Under the pieces are notes generated by a model that was given only the letters and a program-made list of their open reading frames with translations, made no database searches and was not told the DNA's origin. This document shows positions 37,326 through 46,062 of a stretch of 64,000 nt of DNA, one piece after another. Position 1 is the stretch's first letter; every line of letters begins with the position of its first letter. A program made the position numbers and the translations under genes. The DNA comes from Thermoproteota archaeon (GTDB lineage: Archaea > Korarchaeota > Korarchaeia > Korarchaeales > Korarchaeaceae): contig JAOZFG010000004.1 in the NCBI GenBank assembly GCA_027491435.1, forward strand, positions 1-64,000, written 5' to 3'.

Positions 37326-38200
37326 CCTTCTTACTAGTTAAGGGGAGCGAGTTACCTAAGCTGGAAGTGAGCAGCTTACTGTCCAGGAAGGGCGGTAAAG
37401 TGATCTTCTCAGGTGATTTGGTAATAGCTGAAGCCCCTCACACACAATTTCATGAACTAGCCCTGGTGAAACTCGTTGGAGAGGTCCTACAAATATTTAA
37501 TAATATATCAGAAATAAACATAAAATTAAATGGAACATTCAGAGTTAGAGTCAAAAAGATGGTGAAGATTAGCGAGCCCTCTCCTAGTATTGAGAGAAGG
37601 GTCGCCGTTCGCATAATGGAAGTTAATCCGGGCATTAAAGTAGACCTTAAACGCCCGACAAACGACCTGCTTTTGATCATAACTGAAGAGTTCTCCGTGA
37701 TAATTAGGAAACTGTATGAGATCGACAGGTCTTGGTTCATCTTGAAGGACGTCTTCTTTAAACCATACAGAGAGGGACCTTTAGACTCCGAGACCTCTAG
37801 GGCCATCCTCAACTTGCTGGGGGTAACTCCTGGGTCCAGTGTGCTGATAACATCTAACTCCCCACAAGTGGCTCATGAGGTTATAGAGCTAGGGGCGTCC
37901 CCCTATCTATACGTAGACAGGCCTAAAGACGTCCATAACTCTTTAATTAAAGCAGGAGACGTAGACATGTTCACCGTGCTAAAGCGCATAGAGGGAAGCT
38001 ACGACTTCTTAATTTCCGAAAAGGTTAACGAAGAAGTCCTCTCATTGATAGACTCAGAGGGATTTGGTATGTGGGCCCTGATCTCCCAAAGTAAGCTAAA
38101 ATTAAATGCCTACCAGCGACACCTCCAGATCAAGATAAGGGGTAAGCCCATCAACTTGTACGTGGGTGGTCATGATGAGGATAAAATTCCTAGGCACTAG
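37304..38200 (+). CDS. THUMP-domain protein, Trm11/TrmG10-like with degenerate methyltransferase domain
   Basis: TF.VRV, E..VA..I, KVDL..P (THUMP); P....LD....RA..NL.G...G..VL but no DPFCG.G. Confidence 0.6.
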   Translation: MERVKKIAFLLVKGSELPKLEVSSLLSRKGGKVIFSGDLVIAEAPHTQFHELALVKLVGEVLQIFNNISEINIKLNGTFRVRVKKMVKISEPSPSIERRVAVRIMEVNPGIKVDLKRPTNDLLLIITEEFSVIIRKLYEIDRSWFILKDVFFKPYREGPLDSETSRAILNLLGVTPGSSVLITSNSPQVAHEVIELGASPYLYVDRPKDVHNSLIKAGDVDMFTVLKRIEGSYDFLISEKVNEEVLSLIDSEGFGMWALISQSKLKLNAYQRHLQIKIRGKPINLYVGGHDEDKIPRH

Positions 38201-39086
38201 CTCAGCTGTACCTACTAGTGAGAGGGGGCTTTCAGCGATACTTGTCAAGGTCAGCAGGGATACAATACTCATGGATTGTGGTGACGGCACTCAAAGGCAA
38301 ATGATAAGGTCTAGGGAGAGCCCAGTGAGAATAAACAAGATATTCATCACACACCTGCACGGCGATCACTTCTTCGGCCTGTTCTCCCTTTTACAGTCGT
38401 TAAACATATTGAAGAAGAGGGACGATCTAGAGATATACGCCCCGGAGGGTCTCCAGGATCTGATTCATAAGGTTAACGAGATCACCATGTCTAGGGAGAG
38501 CCCCTTTGACATACACTTCTTTTCCATAAAATCAGATAAAGAATACGAGTTTTCAGGATATAAAGTTAAATTCTTTAAAGTAGATCACGCCGGCTTTGAG
38601 ACGTATGGGGTCAGAATAGAGGAGTCTCAGAAACCCGGAAGATTTGATCCGGAGAAAGCCGATGAATTGGGCGTTCCTGTGATAATGAGGGGGCTTCTTC
38701 AGAAAGGATTTTCGATAAAATTGCCCGACGGCAGGATAGTTAGGCCAGAAGACGTCATGGGCCCTCCCAGGAGGGGGGCGGTAGTAGTCTACTCATCTGA
38801 TACCCGTCCCACAGATAGCGTCGTCAGGGAGTCCAGGGGAGCTGACCTCCTAATCCACGAAGCCACTTACCTCGACGACCTTAAAGACAGGGCTATAGCT
38901 ACCGGACATAGCACTGCGTTGGAAGCGGGTAGGGTGGCTAGAGAAGCCGGTGTCAAGAAACTCGTGCTAACTCACTTCAGCGCCAGGTACAGAAAAGACG
39001 ACATGCCTAAGTTCTTGGAGGAAGCATTCCAGGAGTTTAAGGGAGAGGTGAAGACAGCAGAAGACTTTATGACGTTAGACGTTTGA
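38172..39086 (+). CDS. rnz: Ribonuclease Z
   Basis: FLGT...VP..ER, DCG.GTQ, THLHGDH, exosite GRFD..KA..LG.P, DT.P, HEAT, HST, TH.S.RY. Confidence 0.96.
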   Translation: MMRIKFLGTSSAVPTSERGLSAILVKVSRDTILMDCGDGTQRQMIRSRESPVRINKIFITHLHGDHFFGLFSLLQSLNILKKRDDLEIYAPEGLQDLIHKVNEITMSRESPFDIHFFSIKSDKEYEFSGYKVKFFKVDHAGFETYGVRIEESQKPGRFDPEKADELGVPVIMRGLLQKGFSIKLPDGRIVRPEDVMGPPRRGAVVVYSSDTRPTDSVVRESRGADLLIHEATYLDDLKDRAIATGHSTALEAGRVAREAGVKKLVLTHFSARYRKDDMPKFLEEAFQEFKGEVKTAEDFMTLDV

Positions 39087-39566
39087 TTCTTCCAACCTCT
39101 TACCGTATATGAGCTCCTGAGTGGAAGCTTCTCTGACTATCCTGCCCTTCTCGGTTCGGGGAGTTAACCAGTCGGCCAAGACAAAGGGATCCCCTTCATA
39201 CCTTATCTTCAACCTTATCGTGCCTAAAGGGGACATGGCGTCATCATCACACAACCTAACCTTCCCCACATAAGCTGCCTGCTTGTGAAAGAGCAATGTC
39301 TTAAGCCTACCTCTGGATGTTATGAGTAATGATCTAGCGGTGTCCAAGACCCTGTTGTTTCTAAACGAGCTTCTAAGCTTTATCAGGCTCTCATATCCCT
39401 CCTTCCTCACCACCACCTCCTTAATAACGTCCCCATATACCTCCACGTCCTCTTCCCTGAAGGGTATGATTGTCTGCATCGCTTTGATGACCTTGCCCTC
39501 ATCCTCAGTAGGGTAGACTAGGGCAGACATCTCTACCTCAATGAGAAGTTCCTTATCTCCCCCCAA
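39075..39566 (-). CDS. DUF54/UPF0201 RNA-binding protein (second paralog)
   Basis: VYPTED..KV..A, LDTAR..L, HKQAA.VG, PLG.I, WL.PRT..G. Confidence 0.85.
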   Translation of the reverse strand: MGGDKELLIEVEMSALVYPTEDEGKVIKAMQTIIPFREEDVEVYGDVIKEVVVRKEGYESLIKLRSSFRNNRVLDTARSLLITSRGRLKTLLFHKQAAYVGKVRLCDDDAMSPLGTIRLKIRYEGDPFVLADWLTPRTEKGRIVREASTQELIYGKRLEESNV

Positions 39567-39946
39567 TGCCCAACCCTCTTCCTCACGAAATTATAGCTCT
39601 CTTCCACTCTTGGGGGTAGGCCTATGCGCCTATAACCTTTTCTAACACGTTCTACAACTTTAGCTCCTTTAGATTGTAGTTCACTTTTCAACATATTATG
39701 TATTTTAATTCCTTCATCATCAAAATCTGTTAATAATATAAAGATATATCCAATAAGATCACTCCTTGATATGATTAAAGATTTAATCTCATTTACGGTT
39801 ATTATGTTACCATATACACCAAGATTTCTCAGAGAAGACAAATCATTCCTCCCCTCTACCACCAATATGGCGCCTGACCTCAAGAGCTCATTGACTTCGT
39901 TGATCCAGGATACTAAGGCCTCAACGTCCAACTTATATTTCGTCAT
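39533..39946 (-). CDS. Small Toprim-domain protein
   Basis: LVVEG..D...LR.LG, ILLTDFD.EG. Confidence 0.88.
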   Translation of the reverse strand: MTKYKLDVEALVSWINEVNELLRSGAILVVEGRNDLSSLRNLGVYGNIITVNEIKSLIISRSDLIGYIFILLTDFDDEGIKIHNMLKSELQSKGAKVVERVRKGYRRIGLPPRVEESYNFVRKRVGHWGEIRNFSLR

Positions 39947-40030
39947 TCTCCCAATTATGCTAGAGTCGAAGTATTCTTAATATAAGGCCCTTGACCTTAC
40001 ACGCGAAAGGGTCCTGCTGGAGGGGCCTAA

Positions 40031-41164
40031 ATGAGAATAGCATGTGTACTAGCCATAGCGCTGGCCGTTTTGCTACTAATGCCGCTACAGGCCGTAGTCT
40101 CATCACCTAAAGCTCAAACTCAGGCGGTTATCACAAATTTATTAATCCAAATGGAGTTGTTTGAAAATTCCACGGCCAACGTGGTGATAAAAGCAACCCT
40201 GACAGTAGATAAGAATTACACTGGTGAGATTAAGTCAATTGTTTTTCCTGTTGTTCCGTTAGGGCGTTATATGATGCTAGGACACATAGGTATAGCAAGA
40301 TATTTTAACATTTCATCCAATATAGAGTTGGAGAAGGTGGAGTATGAGGCGTTTGCAGAGGCCCTCTTGGTCAAGTTCAGAGAACCTGTCAAGCCCGGAT
40401 CAACGATCACTTTTAGATTCTTCTTCAGTTTAAAGCCTGATACGGTATTGTCCAGGGTAAAGGGCTCCAATAACTTCTATACATTCGCTTACATGTTCTA
40501 CAAACCTAACGTTACGGTAATCTCCGAAAAAGCCGCCATGAAGGTCTTCCTCCCACCAAGTTCGGCGGTTTACAGGACCAAAAGCGACAACTTGTTACTT
40601 CAGAACGATCCACTGTCTAGAAGACTTGTCGCTGTATGGAAGCCCTTTGGGGCCCCTTCAGGGGATGGCTGGAACTTTCAGCTGGAGTTCTTCCTGAATC
40701 CGGGATCGCTTAACAACAACATAACGGTGATAACCCCTTCGGGCGATAACGAGAGGGAGAAGCAACCGAACATCACTCTGTTAGAATTGACGCTTATCGT
40801 CCTAGTTAGTAATTCGGTCACCGGAGGCCTTGTCTACCTGGTGTTAAGGAGGAAGTTACCCCCTGAACCAGGTAAGTGGACGGACGAGGGGAACGACGTA
40901 ACCGAGGACGACATACTTAGGGCTTACGATTTACTCGAAAAATTTGATAAGGACGAGGAGACTATAATTAAAGTTATAGCCGAAAGGGGCGGTAGAATAG
41001 AGCAAAAGGAACTTCCAGACCTGACAGGATTCTCAAAGAGCAAGGTTTCAAGGGTTCTGAAGAGGCTCGATTCCTTAGGGGCCGTTAGGAGGGTCTCCTC
41101 AGGTAAGACCAAGATAGTCGAGCTAAACCCAGCCATACTGACCGTGCTCAATAAGGGGCAGTGA
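40031..41164 (+). CDS. Membrane-anchored wHTH protein (signal peptide, extracellular domain, TM, cytoplasmic HTH)
   Basis: C-terminal DE..II......GG.I.Q..L...TGFSKSKVSR.L.RL...G.V.R...GK. Confidence 0.82.
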   Translation: MRIACVLAIALAVLLLMPLQAVVSSPKAQTQAVITNLLIQMELFENSTANVVIKATLTVDKNYTGEIKSIVFPVVPLGRYMMLGHIGIARYFNISSNIELEKVEYEAFAEALLVKFREPVKPGSTITFRFFFSLKPDTVLSRVKGSNNFYTFAYMFYKPNVTVISEKAAMKVFLPPSSAVYRTKSDNLLLQNDPLSRRLVAVWKPFGAPSGDGWNFQLEFFLNPGSLNNNITVITPSGDNEREKQPNITLLELTLIVLVSNSVTGGLVYLVLRRKLPPEPGKWTDEGNDVTEDDILRAYDLLEKFDKDEETIIKVIAERGGRIEQKELPDLTGFSKSKVSRVLKRLDSLGAVRRVSSGKTKIVELNPAILTVLNKGQ

Positions 41165-41165
41165 G

Positions 41166-41250
41166 TGCGGGGGGTGGGATTTGAACCCACGCACCCCTAA
41201 GGGAGCGGATCTTGAGTCCGCCGCCTTTGACCTGGCTCGGCCACCCCCGC
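41166..41250 (-). tRNA. tRNA-Leu(CAA)
   Basis: GCGGGGG/CCCCCGC-A; loop CT-CAA-GA; long variable arm. Confidence 0.97.
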
Positions 41251-41276
41251 CCTGCTATCTACTCCCTTGACCGATT

Positions 41277-42143
41277 TTAAAACTTTAGTTCCTTTGATGG
41301 GGTAAGGCCAGTTTCAAGGTAATTCATTATACCGGTTAACGGTTTTGGAGACATTCTTCTGACTATCCTTCTGTAAAAGTTGCTTGGATCTTCGGACATT
41401 CGGACGAATTTAGCACTAATCTCTGGAGCGACCCTTACCTTTATCGGGGGGCTAACCTTAACCGGGTTAAGTCCATCAGAAACCATGTAAACCTCAGATG
41501 AGGGATCCCAAACTTCAACGATCGATTCCTCTGGAATGACCAGGGATTTGAAGAAGACTTGAAGGCTAGGTGGCCAGGGGGCCACCATGGAGACTATCAT
41601 GCCCCTAACCCTGGGATCGAGTACCGGTCCCTCTGTGGCCAGAGAGTAGGCGAGAGACCCTGTGGGAGTCGATATTAACAGTCCGTCGCATATACACTCA
41701 TTGACAGGAGTTCCATCTACACCAAACCCTATCCTAGACGACTTACCTATCTTCCCAGACCTAATTAAGAACTCGTTTAGAGCGATCAGATTAACTGGCT
41801 CTACCGTCTCCAATACCAAAGCCATCTCCACCCAGTACTCTCCTGTAGTGAGCTTGTGTAGGGAGAGATCCACCTTACTCCTCTCCACCTCCATGAGCGT
41901 GCCGAAGGTGCCGTTAACCACCCCGAGCAGCGGATACTCTCCATGAGTTAAGTGAAAAGCTCTTAGTAGGGTTCCGTCGCCTCCCACAACTACTAAGACG
42001 TCTGGGGCGTCATTAAGATCTATGATCCTAATTCCGTGTTTTTTTGCCAATGCTTTTAACTCATTAGCCAACTTCCTGGCCTTTGGGTTGGTATTGTTGT
42101 ACATTAGAGATATGGCGTTCGCTGGCCTTCCCTTTTCCATCAT
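41277..42143 (-). CDS. nadK: NAD kinase
   Basis: GGDGT.L, G..G, LNE, DG..ISTPTGS.AY. Confidence 0.93.
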   Translation of the reverse strand: MMEKGRPANAISLMYNNTNPKARKLANELKALAKKHGIRIIDLNDAPDVLVVVGGDGTLLRAFHLTHGEYPLLGVVNGTFGTLMEVERSKVDLSLHKLTTGEYWVEMALVLETVEPVNLIALNEFLIRSGKIGKSSRIGFGVDGTPVNECICDGLLISTPTGSLAYSLATEGPVLDPRVRGMIVSMVAPWPPSLQVFFKSLVIPEESIVEVWDPSSEVYMVSDGLNPVKVSPPIKVRVAPEISAKFVRMSEDPSNFYRRIVRRMSPKPLTGIMNYLETGLTPSKELKF

Positions 42144-42207
42144 GTTTATACCCCGTTCATCAAGCTAATAACTTGGGCAGTATTTAATTAAGCGATGGTG
42201 GGCGGTT

Positions 42208-42696
42208 TTGATCTCCAGGAGGACATCTAAAATACTGAGCTGGTCATGTGATGTTAAAATAATACCGAAAATAGACGTGTCTTCCGAAATATTGGGGATA
42301 AGGTTGTACAGGGACGTCGAAACGGAGGTTCCCAATTGGGTAGCCGAGGTTCTAATAAGGGAGGGCTTAGCTGACCCCGTCCCTCCCGAAGAAGACATCG
42401 GGAAACTTTTATTTAAGGAAAAAACCAGCATAACCTTATCCAAAGTTCCGTGTAATCTATATCAAATTATAAGGAAAGCTCTCATTGAAGGTGATGAGCT
42501 TAAGGAGAGAGACGCCAAGGAGCTCGTCAACAGAAGGCTTCACAAGATACTGACCTACTTGAGGATGTCTTTAATGCTGGAGGACCGGACTCCACCCAAA
42601 AACATACTACCAGAAGAGATGGTACTATACAAATTCTTGAGGGAGGCTATATTAGCCTGGCTCGACTCGTTTGTCGGGGAGAGAGGAGGAAAATGA
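42208..42696 (+). CDS. GINS complex subunit (Gins23-like)
   Basis: EVP.W.A..L...G, E......L...P..LY, RL.KI, N..PEE...Y; overlaps the mcm start. Confidence 0.75.
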   Translation: MISRRTSKILSWSCDVKIIPKIDVSSEILGIRLYRDVETEVPNWVAEVLIREGLADPVPPEEDIGKLLFKEKTSITLSKVPCNLYQIIRKALIEGDELKERDAKELVNRRLHKILTYLRMSLMLEDRTPPKNILPEEMVLYKFLREAILAWLDSFVGERGGK

Positions 42697-45600
42697 GCGT
42701 AGCCGAATCTCTAAGGCCGGATGAGCTCGAAAGAAGATATAAGGAATTCATACTAAACTTCGTTGATAATGATGGCGAAGCCATATATCGCAAAAAGGTA
42801 GCCGACTTACTCGAGGAGAAAAGAAGGTCCTTATCTATAGATTGGTGGCACCTATACTCCACTTCATCTACCAGGGACTTGGCGGAGGACTTAATAGTCC
42901 ACCCCTCCACACACGTGGAGGCCGCCTCTAAGGCCCTGAGGTCCATAGTGATGGAGCAGTTAGGGGACCTCATATCGGAAGATCCATACAAATTATACAC
43001 GAAAATGCAATTTCACGTCAGATTTTACAATCTACCCTCCGAAATAACCATCAGGGAACTGTCTAAGTACAGCGTCGGACGACTAGTTGAGATAGAGGGT
43101 ATAGTGACTAGGACTTCGGACATATACGACATGCTGGTGAAAGCCGTCTACGTCTGTAACGTTTGTGGAAATGAAGAAGTCATAGATGTGGCTAAGGTAG
43201 GTAAATTCAAACCCCCTGATAAGTGCAGCGTATGTGGGGCAGAGAGGTCATTCAGGTTTGACCCCGAAAAAAGCGAGTTCATTAGATGGCAGGTGATAAG
43301 GGTTCAAGAGAGGCCAGAAGACCTTCCCCCTGGAATGATGCCAAAGCACGTTGATGCCATCCTCTATGACGACTTGGTAGACGAAGTAAAGCCCGGCGAC
43401 AGGGTCAAGCTCTCGGCCATTATTAAGCTGATGCCCGCCCGCGTGAAGGAAGATAAGACGGCTATGGGCCCCATATTCAAGAGATATCTGGAAATAGTTC
43501 ATATAGAGGTTCCGAATAAGGTTTACGAGAAGTTGGAGATAACTCCAGAGGATGAGGAGAGGATATTTGAACTATCCAAGAGGAGCGACCTAGAAGACCT
43601 CATAATAAAGTCGATAGCCCCGTCGATTCACGGGTGGGAACACGTCAAGAGAGCCATAGCTTACTCGCTCTTTGGCGGCAATCCTCAAGTGCTTCCAGAC
43701 GGTACTAAGGTGAGAGGGGAGATCAACATACTGCTGGTCGGAGATCCGGGCGTGGCCAAATGCATTTCCGGAGGGGAATACGTGATCACGGAAAAGGGCC
43801 TGATTTCGGCAGAAGACTTGTTCTCTTCATCCCCTGGTGACTTAAAAGAGTTAGATGACGGGGTGGCGAAGGAGGTCTCCTTCAAAGTGCTATCCCTAAA
43901 TGGTGAGGGGGAATTAGCTTGGACCAAGGCGAGAGCCATAGCTAAGAGGAGGCCCCTCACAGGGATGGTGGAAGTCCTAACTGATAGGGGCCTAAAGCTA
44001 AAGGTAACGACGACCCATCCTTTCCTAACTATAAGGGAAGGGAGATTGGTGTACGTAAGCGCCCAAGATCTGAAGAAGGGGGACTACATAGCCTCCATAG
44101 GTTACTTCAAGAGCTTAAATGGAGAAGAGGGGTCCCCTGAGGAGGAGGGCCTGTCCGCCCTCCTGGGGTTCTTAATAACCTCTAGGGTAAAGCACAACAG
44201 CTTCTACCTAACAATTAATGAAGAAGCTGCGGATTATCTGGAAAAAATTATAGATAAACTGAGGAAATTCGGGTATAAATTTAAGATAAGTAGGAGGAGG
44301 GAAGGGACCCGGTGTAAAGTAACTGTCCACTTACAGTCAGGTCACGAGCTGTCGCGTTTCCTCTCCTCATCGAACAGGTATAACAGAGCCATCCCGCTGG
44401 ATCTGCTACTTAAAAATAAAAGAAATGCATATAATTTCGTTAAGTCTCTAATAATATCTGCTGGTAAGAGGAGAAGACGTTCGATAATTCTACCTTCATT
44501 CGGTAGGAAGGGGGCTTTACAGATCTATATTGTTTCATCCTTCTTGGGGCTGCTCCCCAAGTTGGAGAGGGCCGGGTCTCTGTATAGGGTCAAGTTTTCT
44601 CTGAAGGGCGATGGTCTAGACATATCCAGCATAAGGTCAATCGACGATTCCAAGATCCCTGGGATAGGTGAAGCCATAAGAAGTGTCAGGAGAGCCTTAG
44701 GGCTCAGTCACAGGGACCTAGGCGTGAGCAGGTCCCAGCTCTCCCGGATTGAGCGAAATCTGTCCACACCTAGCAGGTCATTTATAGTAAACTTCCTTAA
44801 TAAAGTAATGGTAACATCCAAAGAAATTAAAGATTTAAAGGGAGAATTAATAACAATCATGGCAGCCAGCTCGCCATCCATCGTCTGGGATAAAGTGGTG
44901 GAGGTGAAGAGCGCCCCTGAGGAGAGCTGGGTGTATGACGTGGAGGTGAGAAATTACAACAACTTCGCGGCGTCCGGTTTAATAGTGCACAACAGTCAGC
45001 TCCTTAAATACGTCGCTCAGATATCGCCTAGAGGCCTTTACACAACTGGTAAGGGGTCAACGGCGGCCGGGTTAACGGCAGCAGTTGTAAGGGACTCCTC
45101 TACAGGGGGATGGACCTTAGAGGCAGGGGCACTCGTTCTAGCCGATAGGGGGGTTGCCTGTATCGACGAGTTTGACAAGATGAGCGAAGATGACAGGAGG
45201 GCCATTCACGAGGCCATGGAGCAACAGACTATATCTATAGCAAAGGCAGGCATAGTGGCCACGCTCAACGCCAGGACCACCGTAATTGCTGCATCCAACC
45301 CTAAGAAAGGTAGGTACGACCCCTACGAAAGTGTTGCAGACAACATAAACCTGCCCCCGACCATACTGTCCAGGTTTGACCTAGTCTTCATAATGAGGGA
45401 CATACCTGATAAGATGAGGGACAAGAGCATAGCTGAGCATATACTGGACACTAGGAGAGGCAAAAATCCCGAAGCGAAACCCCCGATAGAGATTGAGTTG
45501 CTTAAGAAGTATATAGCCTACGCAAAACAAAACATCAGGCCTATCCTGACTGAGGAGGCCGCAGATGAGATAATGAAGTTTTACATAGAGATGAGAGAGA

Positions 45601-46061
45601 AGAGCGGGAAGATCTCCAGCGAGGAGGGGATAATAGGCGAGACCATAGCGATAACCCCTAGACAGCTTGAGGCCCTCATCAGACTGAGTGAGGCCAGGGC
45701 TAAGTTACATCTAAGGAATGAGGTCACCGCTAACGACGCCAAGGCGGCCATAGAGCTTATGATGCACATGCTCTCTCAGGTAGGCTACGATTTCGCCTCT
45801 GGAGCCTATGATATAACGGGCTTCATGACAGGGGTCTCTTACTCTAAAGTTAAGAGAAAAGAGCTCCTCGTTAAGATAATAAACGAGTTATCCGATCAGT
45901 TCGAAGACGGGCTAATAGACAGGGACGTTCTCGTCAAGGAGGCTTCGGAAAGGTTATCTCTGCCAGGCGAGGTAGTGGAACAAATGCTAGGGGAGCTAAA
46001 GGGCGACGGTGTGATATATGAGCCTGAACCCGGAAGAGTAAAGCTTCTGGAGAGGGAGTAA
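42693..46061 (+). CDS. mcm: Replicative helicase MCM containing an intein
   Basis: Zn finger CNVC/CSVC, QE.PE..P.G..P, GDPGVAK|SQLL split by the intein, IDEFDKM, SRFD, T.RQLE. Confidence 0.97.
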   Translation: MSVAESLRPDELERRYKEFILNFVDNDGEAIYRKKVADLLEEKRRSLSIDWWHLYSTSSTRDLAEDLIVHPSTHVEAASKALRSIVMEQLGDLISEDPYKLYTKMQFHVRFYNLPSEITIRELSKYSVGRLVEIEGIVTRTSDIYDMLVKAVYVCNVCGNEEVIDVAKVGKFKPPDKCSVCGAERSFRFDPEKSEFIRWQVIRVQERPEDLPPGMMPKHVDAILYDDLVDEVKPGDRVKLSAIIKLMPARVKEDKTAMGPIFKRYLEIVHIEVPNKVYEKLEITPEDEERIFELSKRSDLEDLIIKSIAPSIHGWEHVKRAIAYSLFGGNPQVLPDGTKVRGEINILLVGDPGVAKCISGGEYVITEKGLISAEDLFSSSPGDLKELDDGVAKEVSFKVLSLNGEGELAWTKARAIAKRRPLTGMVEVLTDRGLKLKVTTTHPFLTIREGRLVYVSAQDLKKGDYIASIGYFKSLNGEEGSPEEEGLSALLGFLITSRVKHNSFYLTINEEAADYLEKIIDKLRKFGYKFKISRRREGTRCKVTVHLQSGHELSRFLSSSNRYNRAIPLDLLLKNKRNAYNFVKSLIISAGKRRRRSIILPSFGRKGALQIYIVSSFLGLLPKLERAGSLYRVKFSLKGDGLDISSIRSIDDSKIPGIGEAIRSVRRALGLSHRDLGVSRSQLSRIERNLSTPSRSFIVNFLNKVMVTSKEIKDLKGELITIMAASSPSIVWDKVVEVKSAPEESWVYDVEVRNYNNFAASGLIVHNSQLLKYVAQISPRGLYTTGKGSTAAGLTAAVVRDSSTGGWTLEAGALVLADRGVACIDEFDKMSEDDRRAIHEAMEQQTISIAKAGIVATLNARTTVIAASNPKKGRYDPYESVADNINLPPTILSRFDLVFIMRDIPDKMRDKSIAEHILDTRRGKNPEAKPPIEIELLKKYIAYAKQNIRPILTEEAADEIMKFYIEMREKSGKISSEEGIIGETIAITPRQLEALIRLSEARAKLHLRNEVTANDAKAAIELMMHMLSQVGYDFASGAYDITGFMTGVSYSKVKRKELLVKIINELSDQFEDGLIDRDVLVKEASERLSLPGEVVEQMLGELKGDGVIYEPEPGRVKLLERE
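43761..44993 (+). mobile_element. Intein in the MCM Walker A (411 aa) with degenerate LAGLIDADG domain and XRE-like HTH
   Basis: Starts with Cys (CISG) after GDPGVAK; block B T..HPF; ends VYD.EV..NNF.A.G..VHN before Ser. Confidence 0.95.
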
Positions 46062-46062
46062 C

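Noticed and set aside
39986-39995. GGCCCTTGAC matches the D' guide of the C/D sRNA and sits in an imperfect hairpin (39985-40028)
   Set aside because: A single 10-mer match is plausible by chance in 64 kb, and the site lies right after a TATA box, so it is probably not transcribed
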